A stretch of DNA of 64,000 nucleotides from an uncultured delta proteobacterium. GTDB taxonomy: Bacteria > Desulfobacterota > DSM-4660 > Desulfatiglandales > HGW-15. Made by a program: the position numbers and the translations under genes. A model generated the notes under the pieces. It saw nothing but the letters and a program-made list of their open reading frames with translations. It was not told the origin of the DNA and searched no databases. The stretch spans positions 22,333 to 86,332 of the forward strand of contig CAVPOU010000007.1 in NCBI GenBank assembly GCA_963707125.1. The letters run 5' to 3'. This document shows, in pieces, positions 8,703-17,994 of the stretch. Within the stretch, counting starts at the first letter, position 1; every line of letters begins with the position of its first letter.

Positions 8703-10304
8703 CTACGTCCTCATCCTGTGCTCGATCCTCAATAGCCTAGGCTGCTGGAACACATTGAGCCGTCCGGCAAGCCAGGTCCAGGCTGAAAAAGGGACGGTTG
8801 CCCATCCGAACAAACGTTCCTTGGCGGAGACAGGGCCGAGCTCCTTTTCAATGTCCTTCAAGAACACTCTGGCCTCTCTCCTCCGGTCCCCATTAGGTCC
8901 AAAGAGGATCGCAGGATAGAGCCCTGGAAGGGCGCTGCGGACATATCCTTTCATCCGCTCTGCACGACCGTGCAGCAGGGGATTAAAAGAATTTTTCAGG
9001 TTGCGGTAGCCTTCGAACCATGTTCGCACCACGCGGATGAGGGAGGGACCCAGGAGTTCAAAGGCCTTCCGGTAGAGCTCACGCTGAAGATTCTCAAGCT
9101 CTGTTGGAGTGAAATGAGGGTGCTTGAAGTGCATGGAGAACCCATCGAAGGTTCGGTAGTCAGGGTGGTCAAGGTATTCTGGAAGATAGCGCCCCTCGGC
9201 AACGACCTGGCGGTGAAGGGGCGTGCCCGGAAAAGCGAAATAGATGAGGATTTGCCATAGAGCCGGACCGAGCTCCGTGAGCTTTCTGAAATCCTCCAAG
9301 ACCCGTGACCGGTCCTGGAAGGGAAACCCGACGATCATGGAGGTGAGGATCGCCACACCGCGCGATTGCAGGCCTTGATAGAGTGCGTCGAGGTCCTCTC
9401 CCTTCAACTTGTCATATCCGGATCCAGACCCCTCGAAGGCAGTCCACAGAATGTCAAATCCCATTTCCGCTATTTCGTCTGCCGTGAACTGGGACAGACC
9501 TCTCACACTCCCAAACCCCATGATTGAAAGGGGCTTGCCGCCTTCCCGCACGCAGGCAAGAAATTCCCTCGCTCTTTTGGCGTGGATGAAGAAGTCTTCG
9601 TCGATGATGATGAAGCCGCTCAATTCATCACCGGCATCCCTTGCCTTTTGTTCCATGAGAAGGATGGTTTCATAGAGCTGCCGGCCGCTTGAAACAAAGG
9701 GAACGTATTTGCGATTGAAAAAGTGGGACGTGCAGCAGAAGTCGCATCCATTGGGGCACCCGAGACCGCCCGTGATATGAGCCACTTTCGTGTTCAGAGG
9801 GTAGGAAAAGACCCGCGGCGATTGGATGGGTGCGTAGGGGTGGCGGATGGGGCGTTCAGGGTTCTCGCCCAGGAGCCTTCGCATAAAGCCGATGCCTTCT
9901 TCCCTGCAGATGAAATTCCCGAAAGGAGCAAGCTCATCATCAGGAAGGACCGTGCCATATCCGCCGAGGACGATCTTCGATCGGGGTGAGTACTTCCGTA
10001 TGAGGTCTGCCATGCGTCGGAGTTTGTGGAAGGTGGCAACGACGAAATTGATGCCAATGTAGTCGTAGTTTCCGGTCTGGACTTCACGGAGGAATTCGTG
10101 CTCCGAGGGATAGTGGAGAACCACAGACGGGGCGTCGATGTTCTCTGCGATATAGTCAAGCCCCCAACAGCGGATCACCTGGCGATAGCTGAAGATGCCC
10201 TGGCTGCGTGTCACCTGAGCGTGAAAGAGTTCAGCGCCCACGGAATCCCCTTCGCCATTTCCCCCAAAGGGACGGCAAACGGTCGTGAGCAGCAAATTCG
10301 GCAC
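8703..10304 (-). CDS. B12-binding-domain radical SAM protein
   Basis: The N-terminal cobalamin-binding-type domain (IVLGGYG) is followed by GGLGCPNGCDFCC (CxxxCxxC). Confidence 0.85.
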   Translation of the reverse strand: MPNLLLTTVCRPFGGNGEGDSVGAELFHAQVTRSQGIFSYRQVIRCWGLDYIAENIDAPSVVLHYPSEHEFLREVQTGNYDYIGINFVVATFHKLRRMADLIRKYSPRSKIVLGGYGTVLPDDELAPFGNFICREEGIGFMRRLLGENPERPIRHPYAPIQSPRVFSYPLNTKVAHITGGLGCPNGCDFCCTSHFFNRKYVPFVSSGRQLYETILLMEQKARDAGDELSGFIIIDEDFFIHAKRAREFLACVREGGKPLSIMGFGSVRGLSQFTADEIAEMGFDILWTAFEGSGSGYDKLKGEDLDALYQGLQSRGVAILTSMIVGFPFQDRSRVLEDFRKLTELGPALWQILIYFAFPGTPLHRQVVAEGRYLPEYLDHPDYRTFDGFSMHFKHPHFTPTELENLQRELYRKAFELLGPSLIRVVRTWFEGYRNLKNSFNPLLHGRAERMKGYVRSALPGLYPAILFGPNGDRRREARVFLKDIEKELGPVSAKERLFGWATVPFSAWTWLAGRLNVFQQPRLLRIEHRMRT

Positions 10305-10374
10305 CTTAAACGACCTCCTCCTAAAAGATTGAATCGCCTTGAAAAAGAATTCTTATAACAAAACAACCGACAGC

Positions 10375-10600
10375 TCAAGAGCGCGCATGCCGAAGGGCAT
10401 CGGCCAGCTTTTGATAGATGACCAGCAGCTCGTCCCCCGGGTTCATCGAGCGGTCGGGGCTCCAGATGGCAGCGATCTCCTTGTCCTCAATTTCCAGGCG
10501 CCGGCAGAGCAGCCGGGCCTGGTGCCAGGTCGGCAACCAGACCAGTTTCTCGCAGATGGCTTCGATGCTGCCGAATATGCTGATGAATCGCGGTAGACTC
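10375..10600 (-). other. coding-looking small reading frame without a canonical start, upstream of the radical SAM gene
   Basis: Reverse frame ..LSLPRFISIFGSIEAICEKLVWLPTWHQARLLCRRLEIEDKEIAAIWSPDRSMNPGDELLVIYQKLADALRHARS*. An ATG (MKLFILS*) sits one frame off, across T-runs. Confidence 0.25.
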
Positions 10601-10699
10601 AGGATAAAATAAAGAGTTTCATGGTTCCGCTAAAACTGATAGCTATCATTTGTGTATTGGTGCGGCAATAGCAAACATGATAATATATCCATTTAGGGC

Positions 10700-12374
10700 G
10701 TGCGCTCTATGAGTTATTTCAGGAAAGAGCTGGCGAGACGGCAGGTGAAGGCAGGCGGCCGGCGCTGGCTTTTTGTCCCCTATGATCAACTGACTGATGA
10801 GATTGGGCCTCTCTCCCGGGAGGACCCAAGGAGCCTAGGCATCGTCCTCGTGGAGAATCCGTGGAAGGCGGCCCGGCGGCCCTATCACAAACAGAAACTC
10901 GCTCTTGTTATTTCCAACCTCCGCCATTTCGCCCTTGAGCAGGCCGATAGGGGCGTGGCCGTCCGGCGCGTGATTGCTGAAGGTCCCTATGCCAAAGCTC
11001 TCGAATCCCTCATTCCCGAGTTGGGCACACTGAGAGTCATGGTGCCTGCAGAAAGGGAACTCAGGTCGGATCTCGCGAGACTCGCGAACCAAGGATCTCT
11101 CCAGTTCCTTCCCCATGAGGGATGGCTTTCAACCTCCGAACAGTTCAGAGAAAGCGATACTAAAGCCCCTCCCTGGAAGATGGACAAGTTTTATCGTTTT
11201 ATACGGCGTGCCACCGGCGTGCTCATGGAGGGTGAGAAACCGGTTGGGGGAAGATACAGTTTTGATGTGGAGAACAGGCTCCCATGGCATGGTAAACCGG
11301 CTTCGCCCGAGCCACCTTCCTTTCCGAGAGATCCCATCAAGGAGGAGGTTGGAGAACTTGTTAGGAAGTTCTTCGCCCGTCATCCAGGCCAACTGGACCT
11401 GGATGCTCTCCCCGCCACCAGAAAGGATGCTGAAAAACTCTGGTCTTGGGCCAAGGCAGAGTGCCTGCCCCTTTTCGGTCCCTACGAAGACGCCATGTCC
11501 CATAGGTCCGGGAGCCTTTTCCACACCCGCATCTCATCCCTTCTGAACATCCACAGGCTGTTGCCATCCCGCGTAATCTCTGATGTGGCGGGCATGAGTT
11601 TGCCACTAGGAAAGCAAGGAGGGTTTCATCCGACAGATCCTGGGGTGGCGGGAGTTTGTCCGCCATGTTCATGAGGCCACCGATGGTTTTCGCAAACTGC
11701 CTGAAGGCAGGACCCCGGTTGAAAAAGCGCCCGGCGATGGGGGCTATCAGAAGTGGGCTGGAGAAATCTGGGGACTTGGGAAAAAGGCCAAGGGACCGGA
11801 TGGGGGCGCAGCCCCATGTGCCCTTAGCTGTGACACTCCGCTGCCTCCTGCGTATTGGGGGGAGCGGTCAGGGCTGGCCTGCCTGGACACCGTGGTTTCG
11901 GATGTTTGGACCGAAGGATACAGCCACCACATCACGCGGCTCATGATCCTTTCCAACCTGGCGACCCTGCTTGACGTGAGCCCAAGGGAACTCACGGACT
12001 GGTTCTGGGTCGCATACACCGATGCCTATGATTGGGTGGTGGAGCCCAATGTCCTTGGCATGGGTACCTATGCCTTGGCCGGTCTCATGACCACGAAACC
12101 CTATGTGTCGGGCGCGGCTTACATCAACAGGATGAGCGATTACTGCGGCCTCTGCGCTTTTGATCCCAAGACCGATTGCCCATTCGCCTCGCTCTACTGG
12201 GCATTTCTGGCAAGACACGAAGCGGCGCTCAAAAACAATCCCCGTCTCACGATGCCCATGGCCTTCCTTCGCAAACGAGGGGCAAGTCGAAAGAAAAAGG
12301 ATCAGGAAGTGTACAGAATAGTCAGGGATATCCTCGTGAAAGGGGAGCGCATCAGTCCAAAAAGCCTTTCATGA
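10700..12374 (+). pseudogene. cryptochrome/photolyase-related protein (COG3046, FeS-BCP / bacterial (6-4) photolyase-like), frameshifted near 11609
   Basis: The N-terminal part WLFVPYDQLTDEIGPLS... ends out of frame at ..MSLPLGKQGGFH. The next frame continues ..SKEGFIRQILGWREFVRHVHE...GYSHHITRLMILSNL...DYCGLCAFDPKTDCPF (CxxC-x7-C) to 12374. Deleting one G at 11609/11610 fuses the two parts. Confidence 0.75.
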
Positions 12375-12449
12375 GGTGGGCCGGAAGATTGGTCATTTAA
12401 CATTGATCAATTAACATTGAACTTTATGTCAAAATCCAGCGCTTCGTCT

Positions 12450-12498
12450 CCAATGATCAATGATCAATGATCAATGTCCAATGCTCAATGTTCAATGA
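12450..12498. repeat. 7-bp tandem repeat (TCAATGN) x7
   Basis: CCAATGA TCAATGA TCAATGA TCAATGT CCAATGC TCAATGT TCAATGA. The last unit contains the stop codon of the minus-strand gene. Inverted CATTGA copies occur at about 12400-12421. Confidence 0.85.
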
Positions 12499-14681
12499 AT
12501 CGTGGCCTCTCCGATGATGACGATCCCCAGATGCCCGTCCACGGTGATGAAGTCCCCTGTCTTTATCTGGTTGACCGCGTCCGGGACTCCTGTCACACAG
12601 GGGATACCGTACTCCCGTGCGATGATGGCCCCATGGATGAGCATGCCCCCCCGCCTCTCAACGATTGCCGCGGCAAGGGGAACCACGAAAGTCATTCCGG
12701 GATCTACTGCATCACACACGAGGATCTCCCCCTTTTGAAAACTAAAAAGGTCTGAGGAGTCGAGCACGACCCTCGCTTTTCCCATAGCCATTCCGGGTCC
12801 GGCAGGCTGACCCAGAATCTGTCTCGACTTGAGCGAGAAAGTTTTCTTTTTAGCGGGTTGCTGCGCGTCTTGATCGCCCTTGTGGGCCGGCGACTCGCTT
12901 TGCACAGCCTTGAACAGGTCGTCGATTTCTACGGCCTTGCTATCACGCATGGACCTTCCCTGGGTGCGCCGGCGGCCTTCCTCCACTGCGGCCAGCACCT
13001 GGCCCTGGATCTTGTCCAGGTAGATGTTGTCATCATCCCTTAGCCGATAGCTGGCCCGGGCCAGATCGAGGAGTTCAAGGGCATAAGACTTCTGCTCTTC
13101 GTCAAAACGAGATAAGAAGTCCTTTTCCAATTCTCCTGGATCTCCGGCTCTTGCGGATGTTCCCCGCTCAGGGCGGGAGGCCATTTGCAGAACCAGTTTC
13201 AGAAGTCTGTCCCTGTCCTCGCCCAATCGACCCTTCTCCCATGCCAGGTCTCCGAATTGATCCAGAACCCGCTTCAGCCCTTTCTTGACCTCCGGTTTGC
13301 AATCATCCCCTTTACCTTCCAGGATGCAGGCCTTGTTGCTCGGGTCTTTTCTGATCAGCTCAGCGAGGTCCACCAGCATTTGATTTCTCCGCACACTGAC
13401 CATGCCGGAGCCTGCTAAGAGCGATACGAACTGAAAGGGATCCTTGGGTTTCATGAGGTCATTGTAGATCTTGCCAAACAGCCTCATGCCGTGGGCAAAG
13501 GGAATACAGTCGCGCCTGTAAGTCTCCAGCCACTCTTTGTGGATACGGCTTCGCTGACCTATCTCCTGTGCGAGGACTGAATCCGAAAGGGCAGGGAGAT
13601 TCACCATGCCCATCTCACGGGCCACCGTTTCCATTCCGGGTATGAGTTCCTTCTCGATTTTTGTCCGAAGACCTCTCAGATTGTCAAAGCTCCTGTGAAG
13701 ACTGAGATACCAGGGGCGCTGGTCCTCTGATGATGGGGCAGGAGTCGTAATGGGTCGAGCCTGAAGCGCATGGAGGATTTCCTTGCAATAGGTCCACTCA
13801 ACGTCCTGAGGGGAGCCGAACAATGCCTCTGCCTTCATGACAAGCCCATAGACCTCTTTGACTTCCCTATCCCTGAGAGGGGCGCGATGACGAAGGGTGC
13901 CCTGGAGATTCTCTAATCGGACACCCTGCGGCCCAGGCACCAGGATCTTTTCTCTGCGGGCAGGATGATGAGACAGGATCTTCCCGCTGTCCCGATTCAA
14001 GATCCATCGGTCCGGTTCCACTGTCCCGTCTACCAGTCCCTGATTGAGCCCGTAGACGGCCTCTACGGCGGATTGCTTCTCATGGATCGGGCTCATGCCG
14101 AAGACGACCCCTGAGCGTTCCCCAAAGACCATCTCCTGGACCACCACCGCCATGGTGCTTTTCTCCACATCAAGGCCCAACTCCTGCCGGTAGAGAAGAG
14201 CCCGATCAGACCACAGGGAAGCCCACACGAGCTTGATGTTCTCCAAAATGGATTCCAGGCCCCGGATATTGACAAAGGATTCATGGAGGCCTGCGAAGGA
14301 TGTCTTGGAAGAGTCCTCGCCGGGAGCCGAGGACCTGACTGAGACTGGCCGCCGGGAAAACCGAGAGGCGAGGAGGGGCCTCAGTTGTTTCCGGAGTTCG
14401 CTCGGTAGAGGTGTCTTGATAAACATGTTTCGGATGCGAAGGGCCGTGTCCCAGATCTCCTCCCATCGCATCTCTTCAAATGGCTTGCGGTAGAGCTCCA
14501 TGTGCATCTGATCCCGCAGGCCCGTTGATGTTACGTACTCGTGATAGGCTTCCGTGCTTATGCAGATTGCCTCAGGAATCTGCATTCCGCTTTTTTGCAT
14601 GGCAGCCAGGGCAAAGCCCTTGCCGCCGACACGCGAGCGGTCGCTTTGGGTGACTTCATGAAGGGGGAGGGCTAGCTTCAT
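12492..14681 (-). CDS. PEP-utilising-enzyme family protein: N-terminal PPDK-type ATP-grasp plus C-terminal swivel phosphohistidine domain, no TIM-barrel domain
   Basis: RVGGKGFALAAMQKSGMQIPEA at the N-terminus; GEILVCDAVDPGMTFVVPLAAAIVERRGGMLIHGAIIAREYGIPCV at the C-terminus. The start is taken at ATG 14681, which overlaps the upstream stop (ATGA). Confidence 0.8.
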   Translation of the reverse strand: MKLALPLHEVTQSDRSRVGGKGFALAAMQKSGMQIPEAICISTEAYHEYVTSTGLRDQMHMELYRKPFEEMRWEEIWDTALRIRNMFIKTPLPSELRKQLRPLLASRFSRRPVSVRSSAPGEDSSKTSFAGLHESFVNIRGLESILENIKLVWASLWSDRALLYRQELGLDVEKSTMAVVVQEMVFGERSGVVFGMSPIHEKQSAVEAVYGLNQGLVDGTVEPDRWILNRDSGKILSHHPARREKILVPGPQGVRLENLQGTLRHRAPLRDREVKEVYGLVMKAEALFGSPQDVEWTYCKEILHALQARPITTPAPSSEDQRPWYLSLHRSFDNLRGLRTKIEKELIPGMETVAREMGMVNLPALSDSVLAQEIGQRSRIHKEWLETYRRDCIPFAHGMRLFGKIYNDLMKPKDPFQFVSLLAGSGMVSVRRNQMLVDLAELIRKDPSNKACILEGKGDDCKPEVKKGLKRVLDQFGDLAWEKGRLGEDRDRLLKLVLQMASRPERGTSARAGDPGELEKDFLSRFDEEQKSYALELLDLARASYRLRDDDNIYLDKIQGQVLAAVEEGRRRTQGRSMRDSKAVEIDDLFKAVQSESPAHKGDQDAQQPAKKKTFSLKSRQILGQPAGPGMAMGKARVVLDSSDLFSFQKGEILVCDAVDPGMTFVVPLAAAIVERRGGMLIHGAIIAREYGIPCVTGVPDAVNQIKTGDFITVDGHLGIVIIGEATIH

Positions 14682-15133
14682 GCTTTGACGTGGACCTCCA
14701 CCACGCTCTGAAACCGAGTGACAACGAAAAAGGTCTGGACCTTGATTTCGCAGAAGGCGCACGTGGGCGAGTGGACGAACTCCCTCAGATGGGGATGTTT
14801 GGCAAGATAAAGCTCCAATGCCTTTTTCCTCTTGCGGGCATTCACCTCTTCGGCTTTGCCCGTTGCCGTTGCGGCCATGGCCCAGCGGAAGTCGGATGCC
14901 TTGTTGGATCGGTTGTCCACGAGCATCGCCACCCTCGAATCACCCGAGAGGTTACCATATTTGCGCGTGGACCGGGTGGTGGCGAAATAAAGACTCTTCA
15001 GGTCATCGCTGGAGGCGAAGGCTACCAGGCTGGCATAAGGCTGCCCCCGGTCCTGGGTGGCCAGCACGGCCAGTGGTTGGGAGTTCAAAAGCTTCCTGAG
15101 GTCTCTCTTGACTCTGTTGAGGTCCTTATCCAT
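14678..15133 (-). CDS. pyridoxamine 5'-phosphate oxidase-like FMN-binding split-barrel protein
   Basis: LAVLATQDRGQPYASLVAFASSDDLKSLYFATTRSTRKYGNLSGDSRVAMLVD is a typical PNPOx-like pattern. Confidence 0.75.
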   Translation of the reverse strand: MDKDLNRVKRDLRKLLNSQPLAVLATQDRGQPYASLVAFASSDDLKSLYFATTRSTRKYGNLSGDSRVAMLVDNRSNKASDFRWAMAATATGKAEEVNARKRKKALELYLAKHPHLREFVHSPTCAFCEIKVQTFFVVTRFQSVVEVHVKA

Positions 15134-15326
15134 GGGATCCCTTCTGTGGTTCGTTTTTTGATTTTAGTTGGTGTGATACAAAGTCCCTTTTCGGAGCCGC
15201 AGTATAGATGATTTTGGAATGGTTGTCATTAGGTACCCAGATTTGTCTACTCCGACACGCCTGATAGAAGATTTGAGTTGCAATCGGGCCTCTGAAGCAC
15301 CACCCGCGCGCTTTCCAATACGACAC

Positions 15327-15617
15327 TCATCGGAAAGAAATGCAGCAGGTCGGAGTTGGAACGGTTCTCGCCACAGCAGAAGAGGCCAGAAAGGTTTCAA
15401 GTTGAAGCTTATCCATGTTACTGGTTCTAAGGATTGCTGGAGCTTCCAGCGAGGTTTTGAATGAGTGGAAGGAGTTGAACATCAGGGGGTGGAAGTTTGG
15501 CGTTGGCGCACCGTTCAGCCACGAACATTGAAGCAGGTGAAGGGTTATGGACTTGGTCTCATAGTCGTGATCGATTTGAAGCAGGTGTTTAACGGCCTTC
15601 ACCTCCATGCCCAGTTC
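15327..15617 (-). pseudogene. partial duplicate of the 3' half of mutT plus its downstream flank
   Basis: Same-orientation copy of 20375-20717. It translates to ..VKAVKHLLQIDHDYETKSITLHLLQCSWLNGAPTP, matching the MutT sequence (one L/F mismatch). It lacks a ~52-bp block and the 5' half of the gene. Confidence 0.8.
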
Positions 15618-15678
15618 GAGGTCTGCCCCCCTACTTGATAGGAACGGTCTTTCCGGGTCAGTGGGAAGGGAACAAAGT

Positions 15679-17070
15679 TCACGAATGGAGTTGGTCCCCG
15701 TGGAGCAGGAGCACATCCTCTTCCTTCCCCAGTTCCAGCATCCCATCGGTAAAACCGCCCTTGCTGAACAGCATGAAACGGCTTGTGCGGTCACCATTAT
15801 GCCAGTCAACCAGATGCGATTTCCTTACGAGCTCTTCATACACATTCACACCAACTCTCTTTTTGCTCCATTTGCACTCTCCGAAGTACACAGTCTTTGT
15901 TTCCTCATCCAACGCCACCAGGTCTACTTCCTCATTTCTTGACCACCACTTGCCTATGACCGTGAACTGCATTTGCCCCTCTTCCATCATGCGGGTGCAT
16001 ATCTCCCTGCAGGCAGCCTCGTAAGCCTGCGATAGGTGCTGTTCCAGAGATCCCCTGATGAGCTTTAGGACATAGTCGACCTTGCCTATTTCAATGCGGC
16101 TTTTGTTGGGGAACACGTACTTGAACCAAAAAGTGAAGAACTTGTCCTGGATACCATAAAGCCCTTGCTTGCTCTTTTCAGGATTTTTTTCAGTTACGGG
16201 TATCTCCTTTTTCACGAAACCGAGGCTTCTGAGAATATCCACATAGCGTGACACGTGGCTCTTCTCAAACCCCGTTTCGTTAATCATCTCCGAGATCTTT
16301 CTTTTTCCCTGGGAGATTGCCTTAAGGAGGGCAAAGTAGTTTCTCGGCTCCCGCAGTTCCTCCATCAGCACATAGTCCACCTCGTTTGAGAAAAAGGTTC
16401 CCTTTTCGAGTACGAGCAAGCGAATGTTTTCCAGGATGTCAAGTTCAGGATTGACCTTCTCCAGGTAAGCTGGAATCATACCAAAGACTGCATAGATCGC
16501 CATCAGCTCATCAAAGGATTTCCTGGGGAAGAACTCGTTGAGGCTGTCAAAGGGCATTTCCCTGACTTCCAGGGAGCCTGTTCTCCTCCCGTAGAGGGGG
16601 GCCTTGTAGAGGAGCACCTCCTTCTCCATCATGCCGATGCTGGAACCCATCAAAATAAGAAAAATGTTGCTGTGCTTCAGTTGTTCGTCGATTCCTTTCT
16701 GGAAGATGGACGACACGGCCCTGTTGGAGTTCACAAGATAGGGGAATTCATCGATAATGACCACCAATCTGCCCCTTTCTTTCTCCTTCATATAACGAAA
16801 AACCTGCTCCCAATCCTTGAATCCGGAATCCATCAGGATGGTGTCACGGAAATGCTCCCCAATGACGCGGCCAAGGCTTTTCAGCTGCTCGGTTTCGGCA
16901 ATGCTGTCGGCCAGGAAGTAAATCGCTTCCTTGCCCTCGATAAATTCTTGAACGAGCCTTGTCTTTCCGACACGCCTCCGCCCATACACAGGGATGAACT
17001 GAAATCCAACACCTTTGAAGGCCCTTTCCATCACGGCAAGTTCACTTTTTCTGTCCACGAATCTCATCAT
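15679..17070 (-). CDS. AAA-type ATPase, archaeal-ATPase (Arch_ATPase) + DUF234 family
   Basis: FVDRKSELAVMERAF...IPVYGRRRVGKTRLV (Walker A), LVVIIDEFPYL (Walker B), a winged-helix-like middle region, and a C-terminal DUF234-like WWSRNEEVDLVALDEE. Confidence 0.85.
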   Translation of the reverse strand: MMRFVDRKSELAVMERAFKGVGFQFIPVYGRRRVGKTRLVQEFIEGKEAIYFLADSIAETEQLKSLGRVIGEHFRDTILMDSGFKDWEQVFRYMKEKERGRLVVIIDEFPYLVNSNRAVSSIFQKGIDEQLKHSNIFLILMGSSIGMMEKEVLLYKAPLYGRRTGSLEVREMPFDSLNEFFPRKSFDELMAIYAVFGMIPAYLEKVNPELDILENIRLLVLEKGTFFSNEVDYVLMEELREPRNYFALLKAISQGKRKISEMINETGFEKSHVSRYVDILRSLGFVKKEIPVTEKNPEKSKQGLYGIQDKFFTFWFKYVFPNKSRIEIGKVDYVLKLIRGSLEQHLSQAYEAACREICTRMMEEGQMQFTVIGKWWSRNEEVDLVALDEETKTVYFGECKWSKKRVGVNVYEELVRKSHLVDWHNGDRTSRFMLFSKGGFTDGMLELGKEEDVLLLHGDQLHS

Positions 17071-17080
17071 CCCACCTTAG

Positions 17081-17115
17081 AGTATAATCGCGATTAGTAT
17101 AATCGTAATTATACT
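17081..17115. promoter_or_regulatory. operator-like repeats upstream of the ATPase gene
   Basis: AGTATAATCG is repeated at 17081 and 17096. AGTATAAT-CGTA-ATTATACT (17096-17115) has 8-nt inverted arms. It lies 11-45 nt upstream of the start at 17070. Confidence 0.3.
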
Positions 17116-17353
17116 TATTGACAAGTTCTTTGAGGAAGCTTCGCAGTGACCGGTAACCGCCCGGTGGAACCTGAAGGAGGTGCTGCCGCCTGCACGTGGA
17201 AAGAAGATGGTCACTGAAGACAACGTGGACGAAGAGAGCAGCGCCGGTCAAATCGATTGGTACTACCGCCAGTCCCGCGCCACCTGATCAAAGGACTTCC
17301 TTAAGAAGAATACACAAAACGAGCGGTCAGAAGGGCAGGTGACTCATCCATCC

Positions 17354-17408
17354 GTGGTGCCCGGACGAAGATACCTGGGTTCCAGTTCAGACTCCACGAT
17401 ATGGTATC
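17354..17408. repeat. 55-bp repeat, copy A (copy B at 17940-17994)
   Basis: GTGGTGCCCGGACGAAGATACCTGGGTTCCAGTTCAGACTCCACGATATGGTATC compared with copy B gives 46/55 identical by my count. Confidence 0.7.
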
Positions 17409-17725
17409 ATCATGACCCGTCAAACCCCGATCCCAAATGGGACGCACCATAGGAAGGAGAAAAAATGGAGCCTGCGCCATGAGAAATCAGGGCAGGAGCG
17501 AGGAGAGTTGTTCGCCGTTTTCGATGGCGTCGAAAGCGACCCCAAGGAAAGGGAGGCAGAACAGCAGATTGCCGACCTCATGACTGTTGAAAGAGGAGAT
17601 GAATCGCATCTCTGAAGAAGTCGGTGATCGGGGTGAAATGTATCTGGTCCTCATCATAGCGATCGGCACCGCCATAGAGCAGAAAGGCTGTGGCCTTTGG
17701 GTAGGATATAATTCTGGCGTACATG

Positions 17726-17752
17726 CCGCCATTTTATATAAAAAAATGGCGG
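17726..17752. other. perfect 10-bp hairpin with AT loop
   Basis: CCGCCATTTT-ATATAAA-AAAATGGCGG. Confidence 0.6.
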
Positions 17753-17939
17753 TATCAATGCCAAAATGTCTTGTGAAAAGGGGAGTTCCGCGCTGTCCCA
17801 CTTCGGCCGAACAGGCTATCCCAGCGCAATGGGTTGAAGCCTTTGGCGAAGGTGATGCTCCTGCGCCCCCGCGCGCTGGGCGTCACGCGAACCGAAAAGA
17901 CCGTCGGAGGCGGGGCATACTGTGCAAAACTCGTCCTCA

Positions 17940-17994
17940 GTGGTGCCCGGATGAAGGGCCCTGGGTTGCAATTGAGACTCCATGACATGGTATC
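17940..17994. repeat. 55-bp repeat, copy B
   Basis: GTGGTGCCCGGATGAAGGGCCCTGGGTTGCAATTGAGACTCCATGACATGGTATC. Confidence 0.7.

Noticed and set aside
12450-12498. Possible CRISPR array
   Set aside because: The units are 7 bp and contiguous with no spacers, and no cas genes are nearby. It is a microsatellite-type tandem repeat.
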